Of a DNA stretch of 64,000 nt, positions 34,855 to 45,199 are shown piece after piece; positions within the stretch are counted from its first letter, which is position 1; each line of letters begins with the position of its first letter. The position numbers and the translations under genes were made by a program. The DNA lies in the IMG/VR virus record IMGVR_UViG_3300008267_000016, positions 21,269 through 85,268 of that record, one strand, 5' to 3'. Source of the DNA: a virus. The notes below the pieces were generated by a model that worked only from the letters and a program-made list of their open reading frames with translations, made no database searches and had not been told where the DNA came from.

Positions 34855-36740
34855 TTTTCAGACCAGGTTTCTCCGTAACTAGCGTCTGCTTTAGCAGGCA
34901 CCTCCTTTAAAATCGTTTCAGCGGCTTCTTTCATACAGCGCTCAAGTACTTCTTTGTAGTACTCAACTTTTGTTTCTACAGCCTCTAAAACGATTTCATC
35001 GTGGACACAGGCAACTAAATAAGCTTCGTCGCACAGATAAGGATTGAGCTTCGCTAACGACAGCTTAAGGATATCAGCACCGGCACCTTGTATAAGCGTA
35101 TTGGCACAGGCAGTCATGGTTGCATCTGAGTACGAAAGCAGACGCCTGCGACCTAACGGAGTTCTCACGAAGGTCCACCCATCTTCGACCATCGCAGCAC
35201 GCTCCCGGTGCCACTGCCTTAAACGTGGGTATGCGTTATGGAACGCTGTGTGAGCTACTTTTGCTTCTGATAGAGAAATGATTTTTCCGCTTTGAGCTGC
35301 GTACGTTTTGTACTTACGGAAGCCCATGCCGTATAGCAATGCAAAGTTAAGCGTTTTACCTTCCTGTCGCTGGTTCTTCTGAACCTCTTCTAAAGGTATG
35401 TTGTAGATCAAACTAGCGGTAACCGTATGGAGATCATGACCTTGTTTAAACGCCTCAATCATCTGAGGGATTCCGATCAGCTCCGCACCGAGGCGTAGCT
35501 CAATCTGACTGAAGTCACAGATGATCAGCTTGTAGCCAGGCGTGGCTACGAAACATTCCCGAAACTCTTTGTCTCTCGGAATCTGTTGAGCGTTGATCGC
35601 AAACTGACTTTTAACTTTCTTGGCCGCTGTTTTCTTAGCTCCGCTCGAAGTAAATCTTCCGGAGTTTGCTCCGTACTGGTTATAACCTGAGTGAATTCTG
35701 TGTGTTATAGGGTTGATATTTGCGATTAGTTTTTCTGCGTGTTCGAGTTGAGTTTCGATTTTTGTGCGCTTTCGATAGAGGTTTAAGAGCGGGTCATCCG
35801 AATCAAATTCCGCGAGCTGGATCTGATTAAGAGTGCTCTTTCCTGTTCCTGGATTTGTTGGAAGTGCAATGCCAAGTGCTTCGAAACACTTTGTGCATTG
35901 GACACCGGATCCGGGGTTGAACTCTTTGCGTAAGTTTTTTCCAATTGCCAGTGATCCATCGGTTCTCCTGGGTAGCTTTAGATCCTCTGGTAGAGCGTCG
36001 TCAAGCTTAGTGCAGAATTCTAGAGTAATTTCATCTAACTTTTGCTCGATCGTGTGCTTTAGGGCTATTAGCTTAGTAACATCTACGTTAAATCCTTTGT
36101 GACACATCAGTGCCACGGGGCGTACGCATTTCGACTCCAACGAGTAAACATCAAGCAGAGCTTCTTCTGCTAGCTCTTTAAGTTGATCCGCAGCGATCGT
36201 GGGGAGAAGGTCAACGTCCTTTGCTGCGTATTCGATTTGCTCTATATCAAGATCAGGTTTGCTCCAGTCAGAGATCTGTTGTTCTTTACTAATTTCAATC
36301 TCGAGTCGTCGCTCAACAACAGCCTTCAGTGAGCAGCTAACGTCATCGAAATATGGCTTTTGGAGTTTCGGGCTAACTTTCTTTTCCTTAAAACCAGCCC
36401 GCAAACAACGCTCAGCTACATAAGTATCGAATACCTTTCCTTGATAGTCGATGCCGAGAGACAGCAGGAACTGAAAATCGAAATTTAAGTTGTGGCCGAG
36501 AATCATTTCCCGGCTTTCGATAAATTCCTTTAGCCCACTGGTATCGGTGATTTTGAACAGATCGAGAACGTATACCGTTCTGTCAATAGTCTCTGTCGTA
36601 CACAGCTGAAGCAGTCGAGCTTTAGCCACGTGCGAGTCCAAACCAGTCGTCTCGAAGTCCAGGCATACCTTGGGAATTAGCTGCAGCTCCCCAAGAGCTT
36701 TTTGGTACTCGCTGTTGCTTGTGATGTAACGGATCTGCAT
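34851..36740 (-). CDS. polA: DNA polymerase family A with 3'-5' exonuclease
   Basis: DFETTGL, HNL.FD, YAAKD; DFSQIELR, RQEGKTLNFALLYG, VHDEIV. Confidence 0.97.
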   Translation of the reverse strand: MQIRYITSNSEYQKALGELQLIPKVCLDFETTGLDSHVAKARLLQLCTTETIDRTVYVLDLFKITDTSGLKEFIESREMILGHNLNFDFQFLLSLGIDYQGKVFDTYVAERCLRAGFKEKKVSPKLQKPYFDDVSCSLKAVVERRLEIEISKEQQISDWSKPDLDIEQIEYAAKDVDLLPTIAADQLKELAEEALLDVYSLESKCVRPVALMCHKGFNVDVTKLIALKHTIEQKLDEITLEFCTKLDDALPEDLKLPRRTDGSLAIGKNLRKEFNPGSGVQCTKCFEALGIALPTNPGTGKSTLNQIQLAEFDSDDPLLNLYRKRTKIETQLEHAEKLIANINPITHRIHSGYNQYGANSGRFTSSGAKKTAAKKVKSQFAINAQQIPRDKEFRECFVATPGYKLIICDFSQIELRLGAELIGIPQMIEAFKQGHDLHTVTASLIYNIPLEEVQKNQRQEGKTLNFALLYGMGFRKYKTYAAQSGKIISLSEAKVAHTAFHNAYPRLRQWHRERAAMVEDGWTFVRTPLGRRRLLSYSDATMTACANTLIQGAGADILKLSLAKLNPYLCDEAYLVACVHDEIVLEAVETKVEYYKEVLERCMKEAAETILKEVPAKADASYGETWSEK

Positions 36741-36747
36741 GTGACTT

Positions 36748-36777
36748 AAAAAGGGCGCCTTTCGACGCCCCGTTTTT
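36748..36777. terminator. Intrinsic terminator hairpin
   Basis: AAAAA-GGGCG...CGCCC-GTTTTT. Confidence 0.6.
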
Positions 36778-36796
36778 GTGGTTGTTGGATGAAGCT

Positions 36797-37609
36797 TTAA
36801 GCAGCGTAGACCCTTCTTTCGCGGATGCGACTACTCCACTGGTGGCTGATGAAGTCTGAGATGTCGCCCCATTCGTGCGCCACTTTCTGTCCCATCGCTG
36901 TGGGAGTCACAGCATAGACAGTCCGGCGCAGCTGACGGCTGTTTTCATCCAGATCTTTATCCTTGCTACCGAACTCGATGTGTTCGCTCATTTCGATAAG
37001 CCCCCACTCTTTGAGCAGAGCTGCCCCATCACGAACCGCGTTATACATCGGAGAGGCGTGGTAGCAGGCAGACCGAGGGATGCCTGGCCCCTGATTCAAA
37101 GTTCGGTAGTGCCCATCTGCATCTTTTACAAAGCCCATGAAGCACTGCGAGTCTGGGCTCACAGATCCCCGGTAGGCCATCCCATTGACGGAGCTAGTGG
37201 CGATTTGTCGCAGGGTCCGGCTATTGCCGTCCGAGATACCGTCGAGAATCATGGCAGCTCCAATTGCTTTCAAGCTCTTCATTTGACAAAGAGCATCGAT
37301 TGCTTGAGCCGGTTGGCTGAAGGTCTCCTTAACTTCAATCCTTGAGATCCGGTTTGCGTCCGTACGCGTATACGTACGCTTTTTAGGAGTCTCGACACCT
37401 TCGATAGCAAAGCGTGCTGCTAAGGAAGCAAGCGTGGGATTTTTGGTTTCCACGCTGATCGAAAACAGCTTTTTGGCATCGATCATTGTTGGATCGATGT
37501 GCTCGGCAATGTCTACGACAATTGCGCTATCACGGCCTGCTGCACTCAAGAGAGCACGAGCTTCGCTGTTGTCCAGGCTGGTTTCACCGATTTTGAACTT
37601 GAAGTTCAT
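36797..37609 (-). CDS. Hypothetical protein (possible winged-helix C-terminus)
   Basis: Long ORF; LKEWGLIE...YAVTPTAMG. Confidence 0.65.
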   Translation of the reverse strand: MNFKFKIGETSLDNSEARALLSAAGRDSAIVVDIAEHIDPTMIDAKKLFSISVETKNPTLASLAARFAIEGVETPKKRTYTRTDANRISRIEVKETFSQPAQAIDALCQMKSLKAIGAAMILDGISDGNSRTLRQIATSSVNGMAYRGSVSPDSQCFMGFVKDADGHYRTLNQGPGIPRSACYHASPMYNAVRDGAALLKEWGLIEMSEHIEFGSKDKDLDENSRQLRRTVYAVTPTAMGQKVAHEWGDISDFISHQWSSRIRERRVYAA

Positions 37610-37690
37610 GTAATGAAAAAATGGAACGAGAGAAGCCTATCTTTCCAATGCACACCCAGCCAGATACTTCAGATTATCTTAAGGTTTTAG

Positions 37691-38119
37691 TTAATGCGGT
37701 TTACCCATCAGCACTTCGTTCGCTAGTGTCATAAGGTCGTACCAGTGCAGCATATCCGTCACTATCTGCATTGACATCAACTCAAAGTCATGTTCGCTCA
37801 GCATCAGAGCCATCTCTACCTCCGCTTTGTTGCTAAGTTTGCGTACACCATAATTCTTGTGTAAAAAGTTGCTCAGCAAAATGCAGTGTTCTGTTATGTT
37901 TTTGTCTACTAATCTTGTTATGTTAAATAGTTCCGTTGTTGGGACATAGATAATAACTGCTTCTCGGAACCTAAATAATGCTGACTGGTTCTCAGTTAAA
38001 TTATGGTACGTATCAAATAATTGTTGAGCTACCCAATCCTCCAGCTCAAATCTCTCCGTGGCAGGAGAATACTCTGCTTCTAATCTTTTAATAGCGGCTG
38101 CTTCAGCTTGTCGGTTCAC
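37691..38119 (-). CDS. Hypothetical protein
   Basis: ORF in minus-strand run. Confidence 0.6.
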   Translation of the reverse strand: MNRQAEAAAIKRLEAEYSPATERFELEDWVAQQLFDTYHNLTENQSALFRFREAVIIYVPTTELFNITRLVDKNITEHCILLSNFLHKNYGVRKLSNKAEVEMALMLSEHDFELMSMQIVTDMLHWYDLMTLANEVLMGKPH

Positions 38120-38172
38120 TTAGGAGACAGCGCTTGTCCCCTAATTTAAACCTGGTTTATATGGTCTGTGTT

Positions 38173-39714
38173 TTATCGCATCGCGTCTTGAAACAGTTCG
38201 GCACTGCTTGGGTCGTCTAGAGGATCTACAGTGTGTACATTATCACTGAACTCTTTTAGCACACGGGCCTGTCTGCCTATGCAGAAGCTGTTCCACTGAA
38301 CACCGTGCTCTTGTTTGAACGCATTTAGACGGCGCACGAAAGGATCAGATACTTCGGCGTTTCCGTCTGTAATCATCAAGATGTCCGCTTTTTCAACGAA
38401 ATTGATCTTTGTCAGCGCGTGGTCGATCACCGAACAGAACGAAGTTCCGCCTTTCGTTGTCCAACTAAGAACAAAGTTCAGAAGTTTTTCGTTGTCGGCT
38501 CTGTCTTTCTCCAGATGAATACTTTTCTGAACCACCGTGTCGAATAGGTGAATGTGTGTTGCCCTGTTTTGCTTCAAGCATTCCTCTGCGATGACATAAG
38601 CCATAGCTTTCGACCAGAGCTCTGACTCACCTGCCATCGATCCGCTGATATCGATGTACATAACAACAGGACCTTTATCAAGCTCTTTGATCTTTGCTTC
38701 GTAGTCCTTAGTGAGTAGAGTCTTTTGGCTGTACTTAAGAGCAAACAAGGCCCGCCCTTGCTCCGTGGCAGCCAGCGCGATCTCAGCTGGGTATGCTTTG
38801 ATGACTTCATCAGAGAATTTCGCTCCAACGATGTCACTGTATTTTGTCTGTGCTTTACGTGCACGCTTCCGATCCGCCCAAGCTTGACGCAGAGCACCTA
38901 ACTTCCGGACCAGTTGCTTGAGGCCAGGGTTTGCACCAAGCCTTCGTGCAAGCTTGCGCTTTTGCTCCAGATCGTTCAGCGCCACACCCTTCCCTGCTTC
39001 GGAACCAGCAAGCTGGCTCATTGCTTCCTGAGTGTCCTTAGCGCTTTGGTGCGCTTTATCAATCGCTTTATCCACTTGTGGTTGGAGAGCTTCACCTGCT
39101 CGTTGGACAGACTCTTCGAGCTGTTGGCCTAGCTCCTTTCCTTTTTGGCGAAGTTGAGCTGCCTTTGCATTATCCCCTTCTCTTTTAGCGGCCATGAACT
39201 GTTCTCGGATGTCCTGCAGCTCTTTGCCTGCGTCTGCCAATAGTGCGACGTCAAGAATCCCCTGTTCGATTTGAGATTCGATTACTTCACTCAGCTCATT
39301 GAGCACATTGACAGCATTGTTTCCTGCAGTGAACTGATCGCCGACCGAGAGACCCATCAACCGTGGCCATGCCGGTGACTCACACACTTGAATGAATAGG
39401 TTCACCCAAAAAGCTGATTCAGGCTTGTAACCCTTTGGGAACTCTGGATTCTGGCCGTTCTGTTTCGCACGAAAGTACGTTTCAGCTTCATCCAGAGTGA
39501 TGACCGTAGTGCACTGACCGCCGTTGTACAGGAAGTCGAACAACTCTTTCCCGAAACGAGAGAGCTGTTTGATGTTGTACCGATCCTCCAGATACTTAAC
39601 GATCGGCCGAGTGTCCCGAACAAAGTCATCCCACAGGAAGTCCGACAGTGGAGAAACAGCAAGAACCAAAGGTTCGTTGTTTATCAGGCGGAGGAACTCG
39701 GTGTTTGTTTTCAT
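38173..39714 (-). CDS. VWA-domain protein (ViaA-like)
   Basis: GPVVMYIDISGSM MIDAS, GGTSF, ADILMITDG. Confidence 0.9.
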   Translation of the reverse strand: MKTNTEFLRLINNEPLVLAVSPLSDFLWDDFVRDTRPIVKYLEDRYNIKQLSRFGKELFDFLYNGGQCTTVITLDEAETYFRAKQNGQNPEFPKGYKPESAFWVNLFIQVCESPAWPRLMGLSVGDQFTAGNNAVNVLNELSEVIESQIEQGILDVALLADAGKELQDIREQFMAAKREGDNAKAAQLRQKGKELGQQLEESVQRAGEALQPQVDKAIDKAHQSAKDTQEAMSQLAGSEAGKGVALNDLEQKRKLARRLGANPGLKQLVRKLGALRQAWADRKRARKAQTKYSDIVGAKFSDEVIKAYPAEIALAATEQGRALFALKYSQKTLLTKDYEAKIKELDKGPVVMYIDISGSMAGESELWSKAMAYVIAEECLKQNRATHIHLFDTVVQKSIHLEKDRADNEKLLNFVLSWTTKGGTSFCSVIDHALTKINFVEKADILMITDGNAEVSDPFVRRLNAFKQEHGVQWNSFCIGRQARVLKEFSDNVHTVDPLDDPSSAELFQDAMR

Positions 39715-40895
39715 GAGGAGAGGTTCGAGATGGATGTAGCTACAGATTGAGAGGAGGATTCGATTGCTTGGGCGAGTTTGGTAGCAGTTTGTCTAGCACC
39801 TGCACTGATTCGATACTGACCTGATTCTAAGATGTTGTCTAGTTTGTTAGAGAGTGTATCCAGATCACGGTGCATCTTTCGCAGCTTACCTACCAGCCGG
39901 TTTAGATCCTCTACGCTTTTAGATTCCTGTGAGTGAACCGCGTGGTATTCCGTCAGGATTCCACTGTGAGCACGCTTGATACTCTCCAGGAGACGTTCTG
40001 CTGTAGGTACTGCTTGCTCTAGAACTTCCTTGATAACTTGTACATCATCTTGTGTTTGATACACAATGTGCACTAAGGATCTGTGCAGGTGCTCTGGATA
40101 GAGTTCTTCATCTCCTTGCACAAGCGCCCAACCACGCAAGAACTTAAGAATCTGAACTCGGCGGCGATCGCTGATAGTGATTCCCCGCGTAGCCAGAAGG
40201 TCAATTACTTGCGAGAAGGAATCAAGAAACTCATCGCTAGCTTTGATTGATACAACCTCTTGTTGTAACTGTTGAAGATCTTCGAAAGTTAGATCTGACT
40301 TAACGGTCGGTCTGTCCTTGAGACCGAGGGCCCATGCGTCAAGCGTGCGCTTCGATGTGGGTTTCTTGAGAAGATCTACTGTAGGTCTAAACAAGAATCG
40401 ATCACAGAAGGCTTGAAGAGATTCCTCTTGAGGGAAGCTGTTCGTAGCAGCAACGATTGATTGAATCGGAGTTTCGATTACTTCGCGACCGTTGTTGAAG
40501 ATACGCTCGTTGAGAATAGTCAGGAGAGAGTTAAGTACAGCAGAGCTGCCACGGAACAGCTCATCTAAGAATGCAATGTTGGCACTGGGTAAGTATCCAG
40601 AGACATCACGTACATACTCGTCTTTCAGGAGCTTCGAAACTGCCACCGGGCCGAATAGTTCACTTGGGTCCGTTGTGGGCGAGAGCAGGTAACCAAAGAA
40701 CTGAGATCCTTTGAATCCGTTCGAAACAGCCCGTACCAATTCGGATTTACCCGTACCAGGCAATCCAAACAAGAAGCAATTTTGTTTAGTGATAAGTGAA
40801 GCCAGAAGTCCGTCGACAATGTCTTCACGTTCCAGGAAGCTGGTGTTGAGCGAAGAGCGGAAGCCTTGGAGGTTTGCAAAGAGAGTGTCGTTCAT
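39711..40895 (-). CDS. MoxR-family AAA+ ATPase (RavA-like)
   Basis: GLPGTGKS, ELFGP, GYLP.A.IAFLDE, LNSLLTILNER, DRF. Confidence 0.92.
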   Translation of the reverse strand: MNDTLFANLQGFRSSLNTSFLEREDIVDGLLASLITKQNCFLFGLPGTGKSELVRAVSNGFKGSQFFGYLLSPTTDPSELFGPVAVSKLLKDEYVRDVSGYLPSANIAFLDELFRGSSAVLNSLLTILNERIFNNGREVIETPIQSIVAATNSFPQEESLQAFCDRFLFRPTVDLLKKPTSKRTLDAWALGLKDRPTVKSDLTFEDLQQLQQEVVSIKASDEFLDSFSQVIDLLATRGITISDRRRVQILKFLRGWALVQGDEELYPEHLHRSLVHIVYQTQDDVQVIKEVLEQAVPTAERLLESIKRAHSGILTEYHAVHSQESKSVEDLNRLVGKLRKMHRDLDTLSNKLDNILESGQYRISAGARQTATKLAQAIESSSQSVATSISNLSS

Positions 40896-41035
40896 CAGTC
40901 GAAGATTTTGTAAAGGGTCTCGGCGAGAGCCTTGAAGAAGTTTTTCTTACGCGTGTCGCGGTAAGGTCCACTCAAGCTTTTCGTTGCTAGCAGCAGAACG
41001 ATTGCTTTTTGATCCAGATTAGAAGTCAAGTTCAT
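40895..41035 (-). CDS. Small coupled ORF (MNLTSNLDQKAIVLLL...YKIFD)
   Basis: Read manually; 46 aa filling the gap; TGATG coupling to the ATPase. Confidence 0.5.
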   Translation of the reverse strand: MNLTSNLDQKAIVLLLATKSLSGPYRDTRKKNFFKALAETLYKIFD

Positions 41036-42236
41036 CAGTGGTTTCTGCTTCAATAGTTTTTACCTCGTCGATCAGATCATCCAGGTTTGCTGATTGAGCT
41101 TTCACTAGCTCAGTTCGTTGATCGAACAGAATTTGTAGATGCTTAGCTCGTTGTTGGTAGACATCTTTTTCTACTTGAAGTTCCTGATGGAGTTCATCTA
41201 ATTGCTCTTGTGTTTCTGCTGTGTTTATCTTCGTGAGTAGGTCACGATAAGTATTAGAAAGAGCCAGCGATTTCTTCAGGGACTCAAGTCCGTCGCTGGA
41301 GTTTCGAGAGCTGACGATTGCTTCGAGTTCATTACGAATCTTGCCCTTCAGATCCGCATACTCTTTAAAGGCTTGGTTCTTTACCTTTGCAGAATCACTC
41401 TGAAGCCTTACACCTACATCGAGTAAATCTTCCGAAAGTTTGAACAGATCTTCGAAACCTGGGCAGTGTCTAGTAATCAGCTGCAGCGTTTCCGCTGTGA
41501 TCTGCCACGAACCGCGCCGCCGAGCTCCGCCGGTTTGGCGCTCACCAACCTTAGATGAGACTCGAACGTCTAGGTCATCGAGAAGTTCGGCTGCTTTGGC
41601 CAATGCCCGATCAGCAGCACCTTCACGGGCAGCCTCAAGAACTTCGTTTGTGTTGAACAGAGCGGCTTCCTGAATCGCTGTGGAAATAGAGTGCTCCTCT
41701 TTGTTTTCAGAAACAACCAAGCTGACTGGGTTTGGTCCGACCACAAAGACTCTGATTGGATTCTCGAACTCCTGCTTGGTAGGGAAGATAGTTAAGTAAG
41801 CTTCTTTAGCTAGCTTGAAACCTTCGGGGTCATCACGGAACAACGGCTCAAGAAAGCCTTCAACTGTGTTCGACCAGCGAGTGTATTCTTCCAGCCAAAG
41901 TTCGTTCAGCTGTTCGTTGTACTTCGCAGCGTCAGAACGAATCTTGGCGATTCGCTCCATAGCTTCTTCAAAGTAGTCCTCGTGGAGGAAGTGAACGTCA
42001 CCGTTGTGAATTGTGCACTCGTCGTACAACTTACGTTGTTCGATCCTCAGAAGATTAAGGAACTCCTTCAATCTCCCAGAGAGCGTAGGACGCACTGAGA
42101 CTGATTGTTGTTTCTCGAGTACGTCGATAACAGCACCAGGCAGTTGAAGGTCTGCCATCTTTATCTGAGTGCTCTGTCGAACAGAGGCACTCACAGAGCA
42201 GTGAATCAGGAAGATCTTTTCGTTATTCACGATCAC
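41019..42236 (-). CDS. DUF3150-like helical protein
   Basis: Size, helical pattern and position upstream of AAA+VWA genes as for DUF3150. Confidence 0.5.
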   Translation of the reverse strand: MIVNNEKIFLIHCSVSASVRQSTQIKMADLQLPGAVIDVLEKQQSVSVRPTLSGRLKEFLNLLRIEQRKLYDECTIHNGDVHFLHEDYFEEAMERIAKIRSDAAKYNEQLNELWLEEYTRWSNTVEGFLEPLFRDDPEGFKLAKEAYLTIFPTKQEFENPIRVFVVGPNPVSLVVSENKEEHSISTAIQEAALFNTNEVLEAAREGAADRALAKAAELLDDLDVRVSSKVGERQTGGARRRGSWQITAETLQLITRHCPGFEDLFKLSEDLLDVGVRLQSDSAKVKNQAFKEYADLKGKIRNELEAIVSSRNSSDGLESLKKSLALSNTYRDLLTKINTAETQEQLDELHQELQVEKDVYQQRAKHLQILFDQRTELVKAQSANLDDLIDEVKTIEAETTDELDF

Positions 42237-42658
42237 TTAAGACGACGGAAGACTGCGGTGATTTTGTCAGTGACCAGATCGACTGCCCCAGTCAAGTTGA
42301 GTTGCTTAATCAAGCTGTCGCGTTCGATCTTCGCCAGCTTCAGCTTGCGCTCTAGGTCTGCGATCTTGTCGTTGATCTTGTCAAGTTTGATGTGAGGCGA
42401 GGGGCTCCGGTCGATACGTACAACGATGTTCGTACGGAACTCAGGGAACTTAAACAGGGAGTCGTCGCCCTTGAAGACGGACAGATCCAACCCGAAGTGA
42501 TCCGCGTGGCAGAGCATGGTTGTGAGGTTGCTCCGAGCAGCTTCGTACTCTGTCCCGAAACTTCCGTTCAGCTCGGCCAGGGCGTTGTCGCACGCGTCGT
42601 AACGCTCTGCACTGATGCGCCCCTGTTCGACCAGGGATTGTGTAGTGACCTTAGTCAT
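42233..42658 (-). CDS. Hypothetical coiled-coil protein
   Basis: First gene after a strong promoter. Confidence 0.65.
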   Translation of the reverse strand: MTKVTTQSLVEQGRISAERYDACDNALAELNGSFGTEYEAARSNLTTMLCHADHFGLDLSVFKGDDSLFKFPEFRTNIVVRIDRSPSPHIKLDKINDKIADLERKLKLAKIERDSLIKQLNLTGAVDLVTDKITAVFRRLK

Positions 42659-42715
42659 TTGATGTGATTCGAAGGAGGCGCACCACGTTTAGGGCCGGTG
42701 CCGCCCATGCAGAGC

Positions 42716-42744
42716 AATGTACATCACTCAGCTTACCGTGTCAA
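42716..42744 (-). promoter_or_regulatory. Sigma70-type promoter
   Basis: TTGACA-N17-TACATT on minus strand. Confidence 0.85.
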
Positions 42745-42913
42745 CCCTTGCGCAGAAATTTATCTGCACACGCTTGGCGGGGTACTATGTGTAACTTTTC
42801 ATAGTTAAATTTCTTTTTCTATAAAAAGATTATCAACAAACCTGGACATACTTAAATACTTTTATCTTTCTCATCTGAGTCTTACGGGATCTCTCTGCAG
42901 AGATCCGTTTAGA

Positions 42914-43438
42914 TCAGAGGAGACCTTTCGATCTGGCTACCTTGGCATCGTGATTGTATCTGCCTGTGTACCTGTAGCTAACTTGAGGCGTGTCAGACAT
43001 TTCAGTAAAGATGATCTGACCGCACCGCATACCAGGCCACAGAGGGAAAGCACTAAACCTTTTAGCGTTCTTGAACTCGAGAGTCAGAACAGAATCATTG
43101 AAGCCTGGGTCGATGTAGCCCGCCATCAGGTGCTCTAATCCCGCACGGGCGAGGGATGACTTAAGCGCAAACTGAGCGCAGATAAAGTCTGGGATGTTAA
43201 AGACTTCTGCGCTTTGAGCCAGGATGAACTCGTTAGGAAGCAGTAAGTACGGATTAGATCTTGTGTGATCTGAGATGTCTTTAGGCAGTAGACCTCCGTC
43301 TTCAACCTCTATGAAAATGTTTGTTCCGAGAGTTATGTCCAGACTGGCCGGGTTGACCATCGTGGGATCAAAAGGCTCGATCATCCCACCTTGGCAGAGA
43401 GCTGTGATCCGCCAGTCTGGAAGCACCATAAGAAGCAA
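42914..43438 (-). CDS. dcd: dCTP deaminase
   Basis: NPASLDITLG, KSSLARAGL, AGYIDPGF, LTLE, GMR.GQ, Y.GRY. Confidence 0.93.
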   Translation of the reverse strand: MLLMVLPDWRITALCQGGMIEPFDPTMVNPASLDITLGTNIFIEVEDGGLLPKDISDHTRSNPYLLLPNEFILAQSAEVFNIPDFICAQFALKSSLARAGLEHLMAGYIDPGFNDSVLTLEFKNAKRFSAFPLWPGMRCGQIIFTEMSDTPQVSYRYTGRYNHDAKVARSKGLL

Positions 43439-43454
43439 TAAGCTGACAGAGAGA

Positions 43455-43769
43455 CTAACTCAGTTTGCTGTGAATTTCATCAAAGAGTGCCCGACCCTTC
43501 TCTGTTAGTTTCACAAACTTGATTCTTTGATCTGCGTGCCAGGGTTCCCTGCTGATGAGGCCCATCCCAGGTTCACCCTTTTGAGTTTGTGAATCTAGGA
43601 TGCTGCAGTTTCTACTAACGCTTGACTTTGGGATGTCTAGCTTCCTGGCTATGTCCGTCTGAAGGAGTCCCTCTTGAGACTCCCCTACGGCAAGAAAGAT
43701 AAGTAATGTCGTACAAGATACTTCACGCGGGTTATACCGAGCGAAGGGTTCTATTGCGAGCGAGAGCAT
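43455..43769 (-). CDS. MarR-like winged-helix regulator
   Basis: QTDIARKLDIPKSSVSRN...D.RIKFVKLTEKGR. Confidence 0.8.
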   Translation of the reverse strand: MLSLAIEPFARYNPREVSCTTLLIFLAVGESQEGLLQTDIARKLDIPKSSVSRNCSILDSQTQKGEPGMGLISREPWHADQRIKFVKLTEKGRALFDEIHSKLS

Positions 43770-43948
43770 TCAGGTTTTAGTTGCAGTAATTTAATGTCAA
43801 GGTCATGCAGATTCACCAGCGTAGCTGTGATCTCTTCTTTCATCGACTCAGAGGCAGACAGCAAGTTAAGTTCCTGCCTGACAACTAAAGCATTTAGGGC
43901 ACGTCGGAGCGTGAGAATCTCCTTGAGCGTGAAGCTTACTTCTGACAT
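43751..43948 (-). CDS. Hypothetical protein
   Basis: Short ORF in operon. Confidence 0.5.
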   Translation of the reverse strand: MSEVSFTLKEILTLRRALNALVVRQELNLLSASESMKEEITATLVNLHDLDIKLLQLKPECSRSQ

Positions 43949-44080
43949 TGTTCTTGGTTGACTTCGGTGTATTGCCCTGTGTGATGCGCGTGGGCAGCCA
44001 CAGAGCTAAAAGAAACAAGACTGATTGAGATCAGGATGAGGTTAGTGAGAAGCTTCATGCTTGGGGTGTGCGTCAGAAGT

Positions 44081-44335
44081 CTACTTGGATAGGTCTTCCA
44101 AGATCGGGATGAGTCGATTTGCTAACTCACGAGCTGGCTTGCTCTTGCTCCCCTTGATCACAGAGAGCAATGTTTGAGGGCTTATGTTTGTGTAGGTGAT
44201 GTGTTTGCTGCTGATCTGAGAGTGAAGAACGATGGTGATTGGGGAATTCACAAGCAGCCGGAGGTTTCGGGTTGAGTTTAAGGTTGAATCTTCATCAGCA
44301 ACCAGGTCCGTAATGGAGTTTGCCGTTGGGAGCAA
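44081..44335 (-). CDS. Hypothetical protein
   Basis: Short ORF in operon. Confidence 0.45.
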   Translation of the reverse strand: MLPTANSITDLVADEDSTLNSTRNLRLLVNSPITIVLHSQISSKHITYTNISPQTLLSVIKGSKSKPARELANRLIPILEDLSK

Positions 44336-44452
44336 CTGGGCATTGCATCGAATCCGTTTTTGCCACTGTTCCTCCTCGCATCACAGCACTCAACAAAACT
44401 GAAGCAGAGAAGATTAGGGCGAAGATCTGCAGTTTCTGGTAAGTGGTGCGCA

Positions 44453-45196
44453 TCACGATTGAACAATGAGTTTGGATACGTTGAAGTGCTTGATCCACGT
44501 CACGAGCTTTACAGTTGCGTCGACGTTCTCAAGACCGATGCAGCCGCTAGTGCCTGACTCTCCGTTGAGTTTGCCCCAGGAAGGGTCAACGTGAAAGCCA
44601 AGATCGGATCGCCCTGTGGCGAACATAGGTGTGATCGGCACCCAATAGCCGCTACCTAGTTCGGGATCGCTGAAGGGTCCGCTTTCGATTCCTGCTCGCT
44701 CAATCCGGTAAGTTCCGACAGGCAGAGGGGCCTTTGTGCCAGCGATGTGACGATTAACTGCTTGTCGGGACGCTCTACCCGTCACAGCCTGCAGGCTATC
44801 TAGGACAGTTCCATCCTTACTGATCAGCTGGAGTGTCCAAATAGGATCTTTAGTTGATTTGATCGACTGCGATGATTTTTTAAGTACAAGGAACGGTGCG
44901 TTAGATAGTGGAGGAAGTGCTGGAGGTTGATTCGTGAACTGTATGGAGGGGCGTAAAGATCCTGGTTCGTTTTGGTAGCCTGGCTCAGGTGTAGCGTCCA
45001 GAGGTAACCCACCATCAGGATAAGTTCGAGCCGGATCGTTGCCCAACTCTAAGGGTTGTTCCATGGCGAGCAGCATCTGTTGGTGATACTCGCTGACTTC
45101 CCCTCTTGATTCAAAAAACTTTTGACCTTGATGGATGCCGAGAGCTAGTACAACGCCACCGACTGAACCAATTAAAGCGTACATTTTGAGTTTCAT
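44453..45196 (-). CDS. Membrane-anchored L,D-transpeptidase-fold (YkuD/Tlde1-like) protein
   Basis: N-terminal transmembrane segment; PLPVGTY, GFH.D...SGTSGCIGL with catalytic His/Cys. Confidence 0.75.
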   Translation of the reverse strand: MKLKMYALIGSVGGVVLALGIHQGQKFFESRGEVSEYHQQMLLAMEQPLELGNDPARTYPDGGLPLDATPEPGYQNEPGSLRPSIQFTNQPPALPPLSNAPFLVLKKSSQSIKSTKDPIWTLQLISKDGTVLDSLQAVTGRASRQAVNRHIAGTKAPLPVGTYRIERAGIESGPFSDPELGSGYWVPITPMFATGRSDLGFHVDPSWGKLNGESGTSGCIGLENVDATVKLVTWIKHFNVSKLIVQS

Positions 45197-45199
45197 TAG

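Noticed and set aside
34851-36740. Intein, intron or modified-base (DpoZ-like) specialisation of the polymerase
   Set aside because: Normal length with ordinary motifs, and no purZ or similar pathway in the window
26651-40172. HIP1 (GCGATCGC) sites
   Set aside because: Only a couple noticed; not enriched as in HIP1-rich host chromosomes
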